From NCBI GenBank assembly GCA_951406725.2, contig OX597821.1:27590001-27654000 (forward strand): a stretch of DNA of 64,000 nucleotides, written 5' to 3'. Below, piece by piece: positions 43,128 to 57,519 of the stretch (within the stretch, counting starts at the first letter, position 1; every line of letters begins with the position of its first letter). This DNA is from Octopus vulgaris. Lineage: Eukaryota. A model generated the notes under the pieces. That model searched no databases, had not been told where the DNA came from, and was given only the letters and a program-made list of their open reading frames with translations. The position numbers and the translations under genes are program-made.

Positions 43128-45336
43128 TACGGGAAATCAAGCTTGCAATTTAAAGATAATTTAAACTTAACTTCCCGACACAAGAAGGCCTTTTCCCCTC
43201 TGAAGGGAGAATGAACGCCTCTTAAGTAAATGGATTTATATTCTACACAAACCGATTTGTATAATCTACATCAGATTACAGATACCAATAAATTCGAGTA
43301 GATCATTGATGTTGCTTTCACAAAGTTTATCTTCGTGCGGATTTAAAATGTAAGTTCACCAATGTGTAAACACTCTTTTAGTTTCGATGGAAAATTTCCT
43401 GGAAGAGATTCTGCCACTTGCTCTAAGTCTCCCTGTTGTAGAAATGTGATACGGATGTAATAATTTGTCAAGATTTTTGGACATTTATTTGTGACCGTGC
43501 ATCTCTTCATGTCTTTCTATGGAAAAATGACCTGTATCTCTTTGCATCTCATTGAATTCAATACTCCGCTAATTTCCATAATAATTCTAAAAGCATAGGT
43601 AAATATATTTATGTTTTCTACCACAGTGTTTTAGGGACATTGGCTATTGAATCTTGATTTTTATGTTTATTAAAACTAGCTGAATAGCATGTCGATGCCG
43701 GGTAAAATGTCAGATTCCAAATCCTGTTTTCTGATTAGGTAAAATTGATTACACTTTAAAACAGTAACATCTTTCTGCAATTTTTTTCTGCAACAAATAA
43801 GTAAGAAAATCGGATTTAACGTGGAAGATTATTTCGATATAACAAATTTGAAAGTTTTGACGTAATTCTAAAATTTCACAATATGTGCCAGCCACGGGTA
43901 AGACACTACAAAAGTAGAGAGACATATAGTTATAGGACGTCGCACACACACACAAACACACGCACAAACACACACATTTACAAACAGACACACAGGCTAT
44001 CACGAGTTTAAAATGGTGTATAGCAGACATTTGTATGTATTTATGCATGTATACACGTATGCATGTATATGTATTCTCTCTCTCGCTTTGTCTCTTCTTT
44101 CACATCCCCCTTTCTTTCCCTTCCTCGACATTTTAAAAGTTAGTCATGCGTAAGTGCTTGTGTGTGTGTGTGTATGCATCTATCTATGTATTTATGAAAG
44201 TACGTATGCAGCGTCGCGTGTATATCCCTGAATGACAGCTGTATTAACGTTAACATCCCACTGCCACTCCGTGTTTGTTGCTTACACAACGCTATTCTTC
44301 CCTTCCCTGATATCAGTTACATTCAGTGTGCCACTACATTTCCCTCACGCTAATACTCAAGCACCCTTCTCATTTTATCAAAAGATATCTCACCCTCCCC
44401 TAGTGGGCCATTTATAGATTGTCATTGAAATCCAGTTAGTCTATAATTGAACTGGATTTTAGTTTAACATATATGCAAAGTTAAAGATGGTAACAGACAA
44501 ATCGTTAGATAAAACTTGTAATTTATATATAAGATACAGTGTTTGCATTACGATGAAAATTAAACAACATACTACACAAAACGGTTCATTAATGTGTGGA
44601 CAGAGAATTGGGATTCTTCTGTGTTATGTTATATAATGGGAAGAGCTACAAAATTGATTTTGATATATATATATGTTGTGTGACCAGGATACATCGTCAT
44701 ACTCTGTGGATTATAATATTTTACTCGAAAACTCAAATTGTTGGCAAGATAACTGCTATCAGCCATAGATATCGGATGCTGAATCGATGTTGGGAATGGG
44801 TTGTTTTAATCATCTATTTACGAGCATTTATAAGGTAATTACTCCTAGAAAAGCAATTTCAGAATTTTATTCTTAAATATTTTCACATCACTTATAAATT
44901 ATTGAGAAATAGAATTAATATGTGATTCATTACACATGTTCATGTATTGAAAGCCACTTAGATTGATGGCTTCTCGTCCTTATGGGGATGATTAATACGT
45001 GACGCTAATTTACTGATGCGAATCGCTCAACAAATGTTAGTCTGTCAAATTCAAAGAGTTAAATGTATTTCGAGTTATACGCTGGATTCTTATAGCTGAG
45101 ATCGTTTGATTGTGGTTGCAAATGGAATATCTATCGTTTACCTTCATTACGCCACAGTGAATTATAAATATGGCAAGATGTGAAAATTAAACAAAAATTA
45201 TTTCATATATACGGAAAAGCCAATAACAATTATAATACCAAAACTTTAACCTAGTTTGAATGAAGTCAATCAATGCGTCACTTCAGCCACAATCTGTGGA
45301 AAAATGATCTGTGTCAGTTCCATTACAAAAGTGAGG

Positions 45337-45369
45337 TTTTACGTTTCGAGCGGAGCTCTTCGTCAGAAA
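45337..45369 (-). ncRNA. Ultra-minimal hammerhead-like motif, intact core
   Basis: Minus strand: ttt CTGACGA a gagc-tcc-gctc GAAA cg TA aaa. Same sequence as the motif at 42931. Confidence 0.6.
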
Positions 45370-47680
45370 TCTCTATTTCAAACGTTCGGTTAAAAGACGC
45401 TAAAATCATGAAAATATTTTAAAACATTGAGAAAAAGTTTATATATATATATTTAAAATATTATTTAAGTGACATCTTCAGGAAATTACAAGGCAACGGT
45501 TTCTTCTGAATGATTCACTAGATATTTAATTATATTGATCATATTTACTTTTTTTTACTGACGATGTCAGCCAACGTAGCTTACTTCCCTTCGGGAAGAC
45601 TGGTGAAAATAATTCAGACATTCAAAAATATATGAAATGAAATACCAGTCTTTTAAATTGTATTACACTGAGTTAAGGATAACTACTTAGAGGAAAGACT
45701 AAGATAGATGCGTCTCTTGTAAGTTCATTCGTATATATTTTGTTACAGAGCTCACAAATGTAGATATTTGATAATATAAAGTGTAAAGAATATGGGTGAA
45801 AGTATGTTGTGAAGCTATAAAATGTAATGCGTTCTATGTCAGATATATTCTGAGGAAAATACGAGATTTCGGAAGAACGTTAATGGCAACTTATCTTGAA
45901 GTTGCTCGAATGAATTACGTAATCCTTAACTTGTTCTGTACATTCATAATGAGAATTTGCGTAACTGCTTGTGTATTATGAGTGTAGTTAGCGATTTTGA
46001 CCTTCTTTCTTGAATGTGTTGTTCCGTAGCAGAAAATCGAAAATCAAATGAAAATATGGCTGTCTACATTTTAATTGCCTACTACATATATGTTACAGCT
46101 TATCTACTTCAGAGTTCTGAGGCGATGCTGAATATAAGTATGTCTCAAGTATTAACTGGTTACCGTTAAGGAATAATTCAATGTTACATGACGTGACAAA
46201 TGTTAATATCTTCAGTATATCGTTACTGCTTCAACAGATGCACAGATACCCATCATAGTTACAGGTAATTTTGCCTTCATAATTTCACTTTGCCTTTTCG
46301 CTAGTGATGAATGTCAAATTGTTTTGTAAAATCATGACAGATTTTGTATGTATTTTTTTTCTTATTACTCAAACCTACTCAGTGTTCTTGTGTGAAATGG
46401 GGAAGCGAATAGTGCACTAATTCTTTTTCAGTTCCCAGTAAGTTCCATTTGGATTAGCCTGAATACAGTCGTTCGTGTAGTTTATGTGTTATCTACTTCA
46501 TTATTCTCCATAAATGATAAGAATACTATAGCACTATACAGTAAGATGGAAATCATAAATATTAAATAAACAACGGAAGAGAGAACGCTATAATTCAGTA
46601 ATAATTTACTGCTTTAGGCAAAAAGTAAAGTTTCATCTACCACTTATAGAGGTTAAGGTATATCATAGTGATAAGATATATGTTATATTCGGCAACAGCT
46701 ATCACTGTTTTGCGGGTTCGTACTTCAAATGACAAAGACGGCTGGTAATAATTAGACATCTTTTTAAGACATTATACCATTTAAGCAACGTAAACGTGGT
46801 TGTCCATCTGCTAGAAGTACTACCAATTCTTCCTTCACAGCTCACTTTGTAGTCGTAAACATTGTAGAATAAAATTCTTTTGCAAATAATGATGGAATAT
46901 GAAATTTTGTTTACATACGTGACCAGCGATGTCCTTGAGCGGTGCTAAATGGAAAATAAACATCTGTAATAATAATTGGCAATCTATTGATAGGTTGTTA
47001 TATGTATGAATATGTTCTACATGAACTATTTTTGTGGACGTTTGTTAGGGGAAATCACCAACGAATCACATGCTATTGTCTGCTTTGCTCGCTAACATGT
47101 AATATAATCTGGGAAATTTATATATCAAGAGGCGAAAGGATACTGGCTTTGAAAAGTACGTTACCTAGGATCAAACAACAGCATCTTGTTTTTAAAACAA
47201 TGCTTGAGAGAGTTCTATGTTCCCTTGTTATAACACTGACTCTAAACACTGAAGGCTTACAAACATTTTATTTTTTACATTTTATCGAATACGATATCAA
47301 ATACATTTTTTAATAATGAGTATTTCTAAATAGAATAACCAAAATATATACGAATGTTTATCATTGCAATTCCTTTTCACAGCACATATTAAATAAACCT
47401 TTCCTGTAATATCGCCTCTCGGATTTTAAGATGGGTTCAAATTACAAACCTATCACTTGTCAAAACTCATTTTGATTAATAACAATTAACTTTAAACTTG
47501 ATGTTCGTCTTTTCTTTCACCGATAATGATGTGGGTGTACTTATAGATGTATATTCCATGTTTATTTGCCTGTAAAATAAATTGTATACATACATATACA
47601 CGCGCGCTCACACACACAAACACCTAAGGTGGACTGTGACAGTAGTTAGCACGTCAAACTATATGTTTAGTGACATTTGT

Positions 47681-48119
47681 GGATCATTTCGGTTTGAACG
47701 GCAGTTTTTTTCTAGCCGTGTCATATGAAATTGTCCCCCATAATTTTGACCCTAGTATCGATCTATTGCATTTCAATTTGTTTTAGGGTTAGGATTAGTT
47801 AGGGTTAGGGTTAGTGTTAGGGGTGGGGGAAGGGTATCTTTTTTTCTTCTCAAATGTATATAAACCCAAACTATTTCTTACACGAGGGACATATTCATAC
47901 GGCACAGAATGTTTTTTTACCTCAATAGACGTCAGTGATTGTTTGAAATTGCAGGAATTTAAGAAAAATACAACAAATATCTTACAAACTATAGAATTTT
48001 CTCAATAAAGCCAAGAGGAAAAGATGTTTTATAAACACATTCTACCAGTATACGAAGTTTAAATTTTTTTAATTACCTAGAAATTATGTTAAAAACTGCC
48101 ATTCAAACCGAAAAGATCC
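47681..48119 (+). mobile_element. MITE (GGATCTTTTCGG TIR family)
   Basis: TIRs, degenerate TSD acatttgt/gcatttct, internal TTAGGG-like array. Confidence 0.9.
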
Positions 48120-49204
48120 GCATTTCTTCCGACAAAACATTCTTGATGTAAATCCGGCTGCGGTCGTTTTCGTTGTTCGTTCTTTGGTGGACGATAAAAC
48201 AAGTAATATTGTAGCATTGGGGTCGCAGAAATCGACATACCTGCCTCCTTTAAAATCGCTGGCCTTGTGCCAAATTTTGAAACCATTCAAACATAGATGC
48301 ATAGATACATACGTACATGAATTCATGCATAAATTCATACATGCGTGCATACAGACAAGCATGCATACATACACGCACACATACATACATACATACATAC
48401 ATACATACATACATACATACATACATACATACATACATACATAAATACGAAAACATAAATATGGCAACCGATACAGTGATACTACAACTCTAGAAAGCGT
48501 CAAATATCAAACATCAAAAATAAAATCGTTCTAGTTAATGGATAAGTTCACTTCTGAATGGAAGTGAAAATATGAAAATATATTTAATGTCTCAGAATTC
48601 GAATATATAATAGCATTGATCATGCTATTCAAAGAGATCAAAGATCATTTTATTTCTTTTTCTACAAGTCATGGTTCGTAACATACGTTGATCATTCATA
48701 GGTAAAGCAATGTTTTATGTTGTATACTATAAGATTTGAGACTTAATACTTATATACCGAAAAGTAATGAACATACCTACGAGTCTGCATTTATTTTCGC
48801 TTACAATTGCTTCGTATATTAAGTTTAAATTTGCTTCATGATCGGTACGAATGTCTGTAAAAACATCTATTTAATAGACAACAAAGGAAAAGAAATAACT
48901 AATAAATTATGGCAACTGTTACAATGTAGATGGGCAACATTATAGAAATCTATATTCTGATTTCTAGATAGAGAGTTCTACTTTCACTATTTATATGCAA
49001 CTATTCATTGTGTAAGGGTCTCCGCATGATGTTCTAAATTGCGAGTTATATTGGACAAGAAATAATGGAGCAAGTGATTAATATAAAAGAAATCTGAGAA
49101 AAATCACAGACAGAGACACGCACAACTACATATATATTTTTTAGACAACATATCACCTTTGAAGTATTGCACGTATTTCACTAAGACATTCTTATATAAC
49201 TGTC

Positions 49205-49500
49205 ACTCTGTCGGTTACGACGACGCGGGTTCCAGATGATCAGAAGAGCCTACTCATGATATTAGTTTGCAAGTGGCTGAGCACTCCACAGAAATTTGTA
49301 AGTTTAATGTAGTTCTCAAGGGGATTCGGCGTGACAAGACTGGCCCTTTGGATTACAGGTACTACTCATTTTTTGAAGTCGAGTAGACTGGAACAAAGTA
49401 AAATAAAGTGTCTTGCCTAAGGAAACAACGCGTCGTCGGGAATTGAAACTCATACCTTGCGATCCCAAGCCGAAACACCTAACCCCTAAGCCACGCGCCT
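49205..49500 (-). mobile_element. tRNA-derived SINE
   Basis: Minus head ggcgcgtggcttaggggttaggtgttt...gagtttcaattccc, similar to the SINE at 40471. Confidence 0.65.
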
Positions 49501-50746
49501 TACTAAAACCTTCTCATATAAAAGGGTAAAATTGCAGCATCACATCAGGGTTGTTATACCAATAACAAACAAAAGCACTGGTTCAATATTCTTGTTTAGA
49601 ATCCGTCAATTAGAAACCTATTGATCCACCTAAGTGATTAACCATTCGTTTAATCAGTTATTCAGTTCTTCCGGGATACGACAAAAATCAGTTTTAGCAC
49701 ACGGGTTTACATCATGAAATTTGAAAATCGAACACAAAACCGAAGTTATTATTCAGCCAGGAAAGTCTAGTCTAGCTGAAAGGGTTCTGTATAAGATGCA
49801 TATATGTTAGGAATTTAACTCAATTATATTCATATTAATGCTTAGTATACTATCACCAAATTCATATCTTAACACCACTAAATTAATTTAATGGTGTTAT
49901 TTAATTTGAAATACCCCCGAGATATAGTAATATTATATGAAGAAAGATGTAACCGTCACCAATATATAATGTACCTACTAGCTTTGGAAAGTATATATTC
50001 TAAATAAATTGCTTAATTTAATTCCTTAACTCGTAAGTTATTCGTCTGTTTTTATATCACACACACATACACACACACATACACACACACACACACACAC
50101 AGACAGGGTCTTATCTATGTATGTAGGTACACATTTGCCTTGCCAAATGCTATCAGCTCTGTGTCCTTCATCTCATGTGCTCAAGTAAAGTAAATCCCAT
50201 TTGTTCCACACCAGCCCCTGGCAAATACCATTTCCCTTTGTAGTTATCTCGTTTCGTCCACCTACCTCCTCCATCACAAGTTTGGTTGCTGCTTCATAAA
50301 CTGCATATAAGCTGTATGTACTGTCTGCTTCTGCAGGGGCTAGCTCATATTGTTGCCGAATGCTGAACGATAGGAAACAATCGGAGTAAAGTCTACCAAG
50401 TTATTCCCTCGTTCTTTAGTTTCTAATACATACATATATAAATGCATGCGTACACACAGACACAGACATTTACACACACGGTTCAAACTTACAAGAAACA
50501 AAAAACTAAGACATGCGAGGGAACAACGTTAGTTTTTATGTTCGAGAAGAAGGGAAGAGTCTTTGACGATTCGAGCTTACGTTCTTCGACAGAAAGGATT
50601 GTGATGGAAAAAAATGAAGAGAGAAAAATAGGGAGAGAGACAAAAAAATGTGTCAACTATATTATAAGAAGTTATACATCGCTGGTCACAATAAGCTTCA
50701 CATTGCTTTAGTATTCGAGTGATGTCACCCTGCTGGAAATCTGATA

Positions 50747-50790
<44 letters not shown>

Positions 50791-51292
50791 CTCTCTCTCT
50801 CTAATTCTCTGTCTCTATCTCTCTCACACACACACACATATATATCATATATATACATATACAGATACGTACATATAAACGTGCAGGCGCAGACGTACTT
50901 TGCATACGATAAAGTGGCTTTCGAGTGTGTGTGTATGTGTGTGTGGGGGGTGGTCTAGTCGTGCTGCGTGGCACCTTAGGGAGGTGTCTTCTTTTGTACC
51001 CTCGGACTGAGCAAAGCTACATCAGTGGATATCATAGAGGGAGACTGTACAAACCTCGACGTATATGTGTGTGTGACGTTGCTACAGACCAATTAGTAGG
51101 ATGTTATTTGTGTATAGTCTAATAACCAATCGAAACTAAATGAATGCAAATTTAATTACGAGGTGCCTATGCAGCAGAAGCATGCATGGGATAAATTCAT
51201 ATCTAATACGGCGTGTAATAGACTTCAGAAATAAGAAAGCAAAATATGCGTATGTACTAATCTCCGTATTTATTGTAATTATATTATACGAA

Positions 51293-51329
51293 TGTCTATA
51301 TCTACCTATCTGTCTATCTATCTATCTAG

Positions 51330-51408
<79 letters not shown>

Positions 51409-51585
51409 CCTATCTACCTATCTACCTACCTATCTATCTATCTATCTATCTATATGTCTGTCTATCTATTTGTCTATCTATATGTCTGTCTATCTATCTA
51501 TCTATCTATCTATCTATATATCTATCTCTCTATCTATCTATCTACCTATCTACCTATCTACCTATCTACCTATCTACCTATCTAC

Positions 51586-51625
<40 letters not shown>

Positions 51626-51660
51626 ATGTCTGTCTATCTATTTGTCTATCTATCTGTCTG

Positions 51661-51698
<38 letters not shown>

Positions 51699-51738
51699 AA
51701 TCTATCTATCTATCAATCTATCTATCTATCTATCTATA

Positions 51739-51769
<31 letters not shown>

Positions 51770-51817
51770 TTATGTATCTATCTAGCTATCTATCTGTCTA
51801 TCTATCTATCTATCCAG

Positions 51818-51861
<44 letters not shown>

Positions 51862-52020
51862 ATGTTTGTCTGTCTGTCTGTTTGTATGCCTGTCTCTCTG
51901 TCTGCCTGCCTGTCTGTCCGTCCATCTCTCTGCGTATCTGTTCATCTGTCTGTATATCTGTCTATCCCTCTCTCTGTCTGTCTGTCAATGTATTGATCGA
52001 CCGATCTATTTGTATGTATG
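51293..52020. repeat. Long degenerate (TATC/TACC/TGTC)n array
   Basis: Read directly. It explains the YLSI-repeat ORFs. Confidence 0.95.
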
Positions 52021-52349
52021 CACTCACTCACAAACACATACACACAAGCACAGACACATACTCACAAACACATACACACAAGCACAGACACATACTCACG
52101 CACACAAACATGCACACACACACAGACACACACCTATATAGGGTATATATAACAACATCATCGTCCACTCGCAAATATCAGCGATTTTTAAATATTTTAT
52201 TTGGATCTCTAACGCGAACTGGCGTTGAAAACAAAGTTGGTACAGAAACAATTATGTATCATCGATTTTACATTAAAGTGAGCGATTAGTCCATGCGTTT
52301 GTAGAGAAAAATTTTATTATTCTCTAAAATATTATTCTCTAAGTTATGT

Positions 52350-53110
52350 TTATAAAGGGGAGATGATCTACTCCTACTATGAAACTACAACCTACAAAGA
52401 ATACACATTTTAGGAAAGGACTACATCATAGGTAGAAAACCTCTAAAGTCTATCAGCATCCTACCTGTTACCCTCGGCCTAGGATCCAGTGTCTATAAAC
52501 TGTATAGGAAATATGACGAATTCCTTCGCTTCACACATAGGCAATGCAACCACCACAAAAGTGTTCTTTAGTAAAAAAATTTAGCAAAGAACATATTTCT
52601 AATACGGTCTTTTTTTGTCTTCAAAAGGAAAAGTAATATATAGCAGCTCCATATAATGATCTCTCAGTAATAGCGGCTATAAACAACAAATCTCCCATAG
52701 TAAACGAAAAAGAACTTCTAAAACTACAAATCTAAACCATATAACATAATGACAATTCATTTGTAGAAAACATTTATCCTTCCCCATTTTAATTAATATT
52801 GCTCCTACCACAACAGTGACCAGGAATACGACACCAACTATTATCTCTAAATATATAGGATCTACAGCAAACTATTTTCAGCCAAAATACAACCAACATA
52901 CGCACACGTTTCGTAACCCAAACTAGAAAAGGATCCATGACTATCGAAACTTATACGGACATTAAAATCAAAAGTACATTGTTTAGCATCATTTTGAAAA
53001 TACTCTCACACGTACTTCCACAACACGGTAACAGCAAATCATTCCAGCCTTGTACCATATTTTCATATTGTAGAGCCAAATTCTTAACCGACACTGAGAA
53101 CTAAGAAATA
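52350..53110 (+). pseudogene. Old decayed Penelope-like element (thumb/GIY-YIG remnant)
   Basis: From 52852: YIGSTANYFQPKYNQHTHTFRNPN*, matching [22 protein letters not shown] of the young element. Boundaries are approximate. Confidence 0.6.
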
Positions 53111-54090
53111 TCAGAGATAAAAAGTAATAAAGACAAAAATATTTGAAACCAATAGAATTTTCTAACCACTTAAAATATCTCGCCCGCTTCTCTCTATTTA
53201 TCTTTACCGTAAAATATCTTCACCATCTACATAGGAATTTTTTTACGGCTTCAGAGAAACCAAGAGCTTAATAATTATCTACGACTTCCCAAATCTCCAT
53301 CAAATATCTCTCCCAAATATTTTCTACATAAGTCGTACATCAGATAAACATATATTTATGCAAACAAGAAAAGGATGCTTTTGTTTTTCATTCCCTTTTT
53401 TTAAATTTAATATCTGAAAATGTTTTAAATTTGTTAATATTTAGACTTATTTGAAAATTGAATTATATTTTCATTCCTATTTTTACACATGAGCACATAC
53501 GCAGTTACTTACAATACCCCATTTTCACATATATCCGTAGGCATAACATAATATATTATATAATGCCCATTGTAAAGGCGGTGTTCCAGCATGGCCGCAG
53601 TCAAAATGACTGAAACAAATAAAATAGAGTAAAAGAGTAAGAGTCTAGGAGAAACAGAAGTTAAGAAATTTCTATATACACATACGGCACAGCGGTTAAA
53701 ATTTCTATAAAATTATCCTATTTCTTATAGAACAACGAACCCATAGAGAGAACGACGTTTAGACCTACCCATATCTTCTTGTAAACATCAAAGCACACGA
53801 TAAGTAAGTTTCCATATAAGCAACACCTTGATATGCTCGACTAAAAGCATACAACTTTCAAATATAAACAGGAAACATGCTAAATAACGTGTAAAGGAAC
53901 TTATTGACCTGCAAAACACATACCTCCTATTAATATTATCTTGTGGTGCTCTAAAAATAAAATTACAGAAAATAAGAGCTGACACACATAGTTACTAGGT
54001 TTTCAAATGCTAGACTAAATGTTGGTCTTTGAAATGTATATTGCCAAAGTAAATATTAAATTCAATAAAAGAAAAACTATAAAGAATTCC

Positions 54091-54495
54091 GGATCTTTTC
54101 GGTTTGAATGGCAGTTTTTTCTAGCGGTGTCATATGAAATTGTCACCCTAGTATCGATCTATTGCATTTCAATATCTTTTAGGGTTAGGGTTAGGGTCAG
54201 GGATGGGGGAAGGGTATTTTTTCTTCACAAATGTAAACAAACCCAATCTGTTCCTTAAACGAGGGACATATTCATACGGCACAGAATACTTTGTAACTCA
54301 ATAGACGTCACTGATTGGTTGAAATTGCAGAAATAGAAGAAAAACAAAACAAATATCTTACAAACTATAGAATGTTCCCAATAAAGCCAAGAGAAAAAGA
54401 TGTTTTATAAACACATTCTACCAGTATACGGAGTTCTAAATTTTTTAGTTACCTAGAAGTTATGTTAAAAACTGCCGTTCAAACCGAAAAGATCC
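54091..54495 (+). mobile_element. MITE (GGATCTTTTCGG TIR family)
   Basis: TIRs, TSD agaattcc/aaaattcc, internal TTAGGG. Confidence 0.9.
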
Positions 54496-54950
54496 AAAAT
54501 TCCTAATGACACGTACGCTGAATAAGCATCCCTCTACCTACTTCAATTTTGTGAACATTTTGTCCAAAAATCTCCTGAGCTGGAGCTGATATAACTAAAG
54601 ATATAAACATTATTTAGAAAGTTCTACACGCATGAATAACTTCCAAAAAATAGAATGAGGCAAAAACAAATTAATTAAAATTTCTCTAGCACACCTATCC
54701 ATCACAATCAGCCTTAAAACCTAATTACCAATGAAAAGACTCACAGAAACCACAGTGGAATCTATTTCAGACCAAGATAAACTTTATGCTTCACCGTCAG
54801 ATGATGGATTAGTTGGTGGAAAATTCGAAGTTATTCGAAGTTATATCCTCGTTAAGTATTAGTAAATCTGTATATACGTACGTACTTATCTATGTATGTA
54901 TGCACGTATATGTATGTACGTGTGCGTCCGTGTGTGTGTGTGTGTGTGTG

Positions 54951-55208
54951 TTTCCCGGTTTCTGTGGCATATGTTCCCCCCAGCTGGACGGGAGGTCAGT
55001 CCATCTCAGCGTTACTCAAGAAACAGGAAGACAGGGTGAGAGAAAGTTGTGGCGAAAAAGTACAATAGGCCCCCACCCCTGACGGAGCCTCGTGGAGCTT
55101 TTAGTTGTTTTTTCGCTAAATAAACACACACAACACCCGGTCTGGGAATCGCAACTGCGATCCTCGACCGCGAGTCCGCTGCCCTAACCACTGGGCCATT
55201 GCGCCTCC
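54951..55208 (-). mobile_element. tRNA-derived SINE
   Basis: Minus head ggaggcgcaatggcccagtggttagggcagcggactcgcggtcgaggatcgcagttgcgattccc (A box, degenerate B box), ending in (CA)n. Confidence 0.75.
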
Positions 55209-55230
55209 AAATAATAATAATAATAATAAT

Positions 55231-55265
<35 letters not shown>

Positions 55266-55332
55266 GGTCCCGGGTTGATTCGGGGTTAACCACAGTAAGT
55301 AAGGTACTCAATACATAGCAGAGTAAAATTAA

Positions 55333-55774
55333 TTTATTATATAGAAGGAGCTTCTACAGGACTAGTACTGTTTCATTCAAGAGAAATCTTCAGGAAGCTA
55401 TTTAACAAGAATTGTATTAGCATTTATACATTTAGGCAGGTTTAAAGGAGTGGTGGTGGGGGACTTTTTGGGGGTAGGCATAGCGCAAAATATCATACTT
55501 GGGGGAGTGGTCAAGGAGTCAGTGGTAAGTTAGATGAAAGAATAGATAAATAAAAAAATAAAAAAATAAAAAATAAAAAAATAAAATAAAAAAATAAAAA
55601 ATATAAAAAATATATATAAAAAAAATATATATAAAATATATATATAAAAAAATATATATATAAAAAAAGGGGGGATAGAGTTATAGGTAAATAAGGAGAT
55701 TCTCACTTATACCTATACACACATATATACGTATCTACACACACATACATACATACACATATATCTACACACAC

Positions 55775-55805
<31 letters not shown>

Positions 55806-55974
55806 CATATATATACATATACATATGTACACACATACATACATATCTACATACACACATACATACACCCGCCCACATATACAAATTTATACACATGCAC
55901 ATGCCTATACCTGTCTACACATACACACACGTATATATGCATACACTCACTCCCATGCATGCACGCATACACAC

Positions 55975-56009
<35 letters not shown>

Positions 56010-56711
56010 CACGACCACACATACATATATACACATAAAAAAATATATATTCATACGCACATACACTCATGCACACACAACACACCTAGTTCCCTATATA
56101 CACATATTTACACCTATATATACATACACCCACATACACCTATGTACACATATATATATATAAACATATACACGCATACATATATATACATGTGTGCACA
56201 TACATACATACACACATATATACATACACATACACATACACATGTGTACCTATACATACCTACACATACACACATACATACATACAAATATACATATACA
56301 TATATATATATACACACCAATACAGGCCCATTCCCTAATTTTAATTTTATTATCTTCATTTATTACTTTTGTTATCTTTGATCGCTAGGGCTAAGAATCC
56401 TGGCAATGGCTGCTTGTCCATTTGTCTGTCTACTAGAAGGCAAGTACTCATTCCCGCACGCACACTCATTAGCACGTACATTCACCCATTCGTACACTCA
56501 TACACATACACGTACGCACGCGTTATATTCATACATACAAACATCTACATACGTTCACGTATATACACATACGTACTCGTACCTACAGATTCGTGTCTAC
56601 ACTTTAGGAGGCTAGTCTATACATATACACCAATAAATATACATATATACATATATATACCCGCATATACATACACACACACACATATATACTCCTACAT
56701 ACAGATACATA

Positions 56712-56751
<40 letters not shown>

Positions 56752-57243
56752 CATACACATACACACATACATATACACACACATATACATACACATATAT
56801 ATATACACAAACATATATACACACATATATATATACATACACACATACACACATACATACGTATACATACATACATACATCCATACATCCATACTTACAT
56901 GCATTTATACGCATACACACACCCATCTATATATATGTATATATATATATATATATATATACACACTCACACATACATATACAAATCTACGCACACACAT
57001 ACATACATACACGTATACGCATACACGCACATACACATATACATGCGTACCCATACACGTGCACACACGCACGCGCATCCATATATATACACACACACAC
57101 ATATGTATACACGTGTGCAAGCATACATACATACTCATACGCGCACACATACTTACAAATACATATATGCACACACTTACACACATATATATACATACAC
57201 ATATACATGCATACATACATATATGCATACATACACACACGCA

Positions 57244-57289
<46 letters not shown>

Positions 57290-57348
57290 TATATACATAT
57301 ATAGATATATATACACATACATACACATACACATACATACACACATAT

Positions 57349-57393
<45 letters not shown>

Positions 57394-57519
57394 TACATAT
57401 ATACACATATACATACATATACATACACACACACATACATATATACATATACACATATACACATACCCATACATACACATGCATATACTTATATCACTAC
57501 ATACTCACATATATAAACA
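55333..57519 (-). repeat. Left arm of the ~2.2-kb inverted repeat (inverted pLTR copy)
   Basis: Reverse complement of 60190-62402, including unique islands (e.g. gatcgctagggctaagaatcctggcaatggc). The ORF track shows mirrored translations (56369+ vs 61364-; 56899+ vs 60802-). Confidence 0.95.
55349..55399 (-). ncRNA. Type I hammerhead ribozyme (left arm)
   Basis: Exact reverse complement of 62336-62386. Confidence 0.8.

Noticed and set aside
55135-55208. tRNA gene
   Set aside because: The B box is degenerate and the sequence continues into a SINE body with a (CA)n tail, so it is a SINE head. The same applies at 40471 and 17856.
55825-57516. Long YI/HT/CV-rich ORFs (also 59720-62001, 16629-17142 and 51140-52141)
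   Set aside because: They are translations of microsatellites that lack stop codons, open in many frames on both strands.
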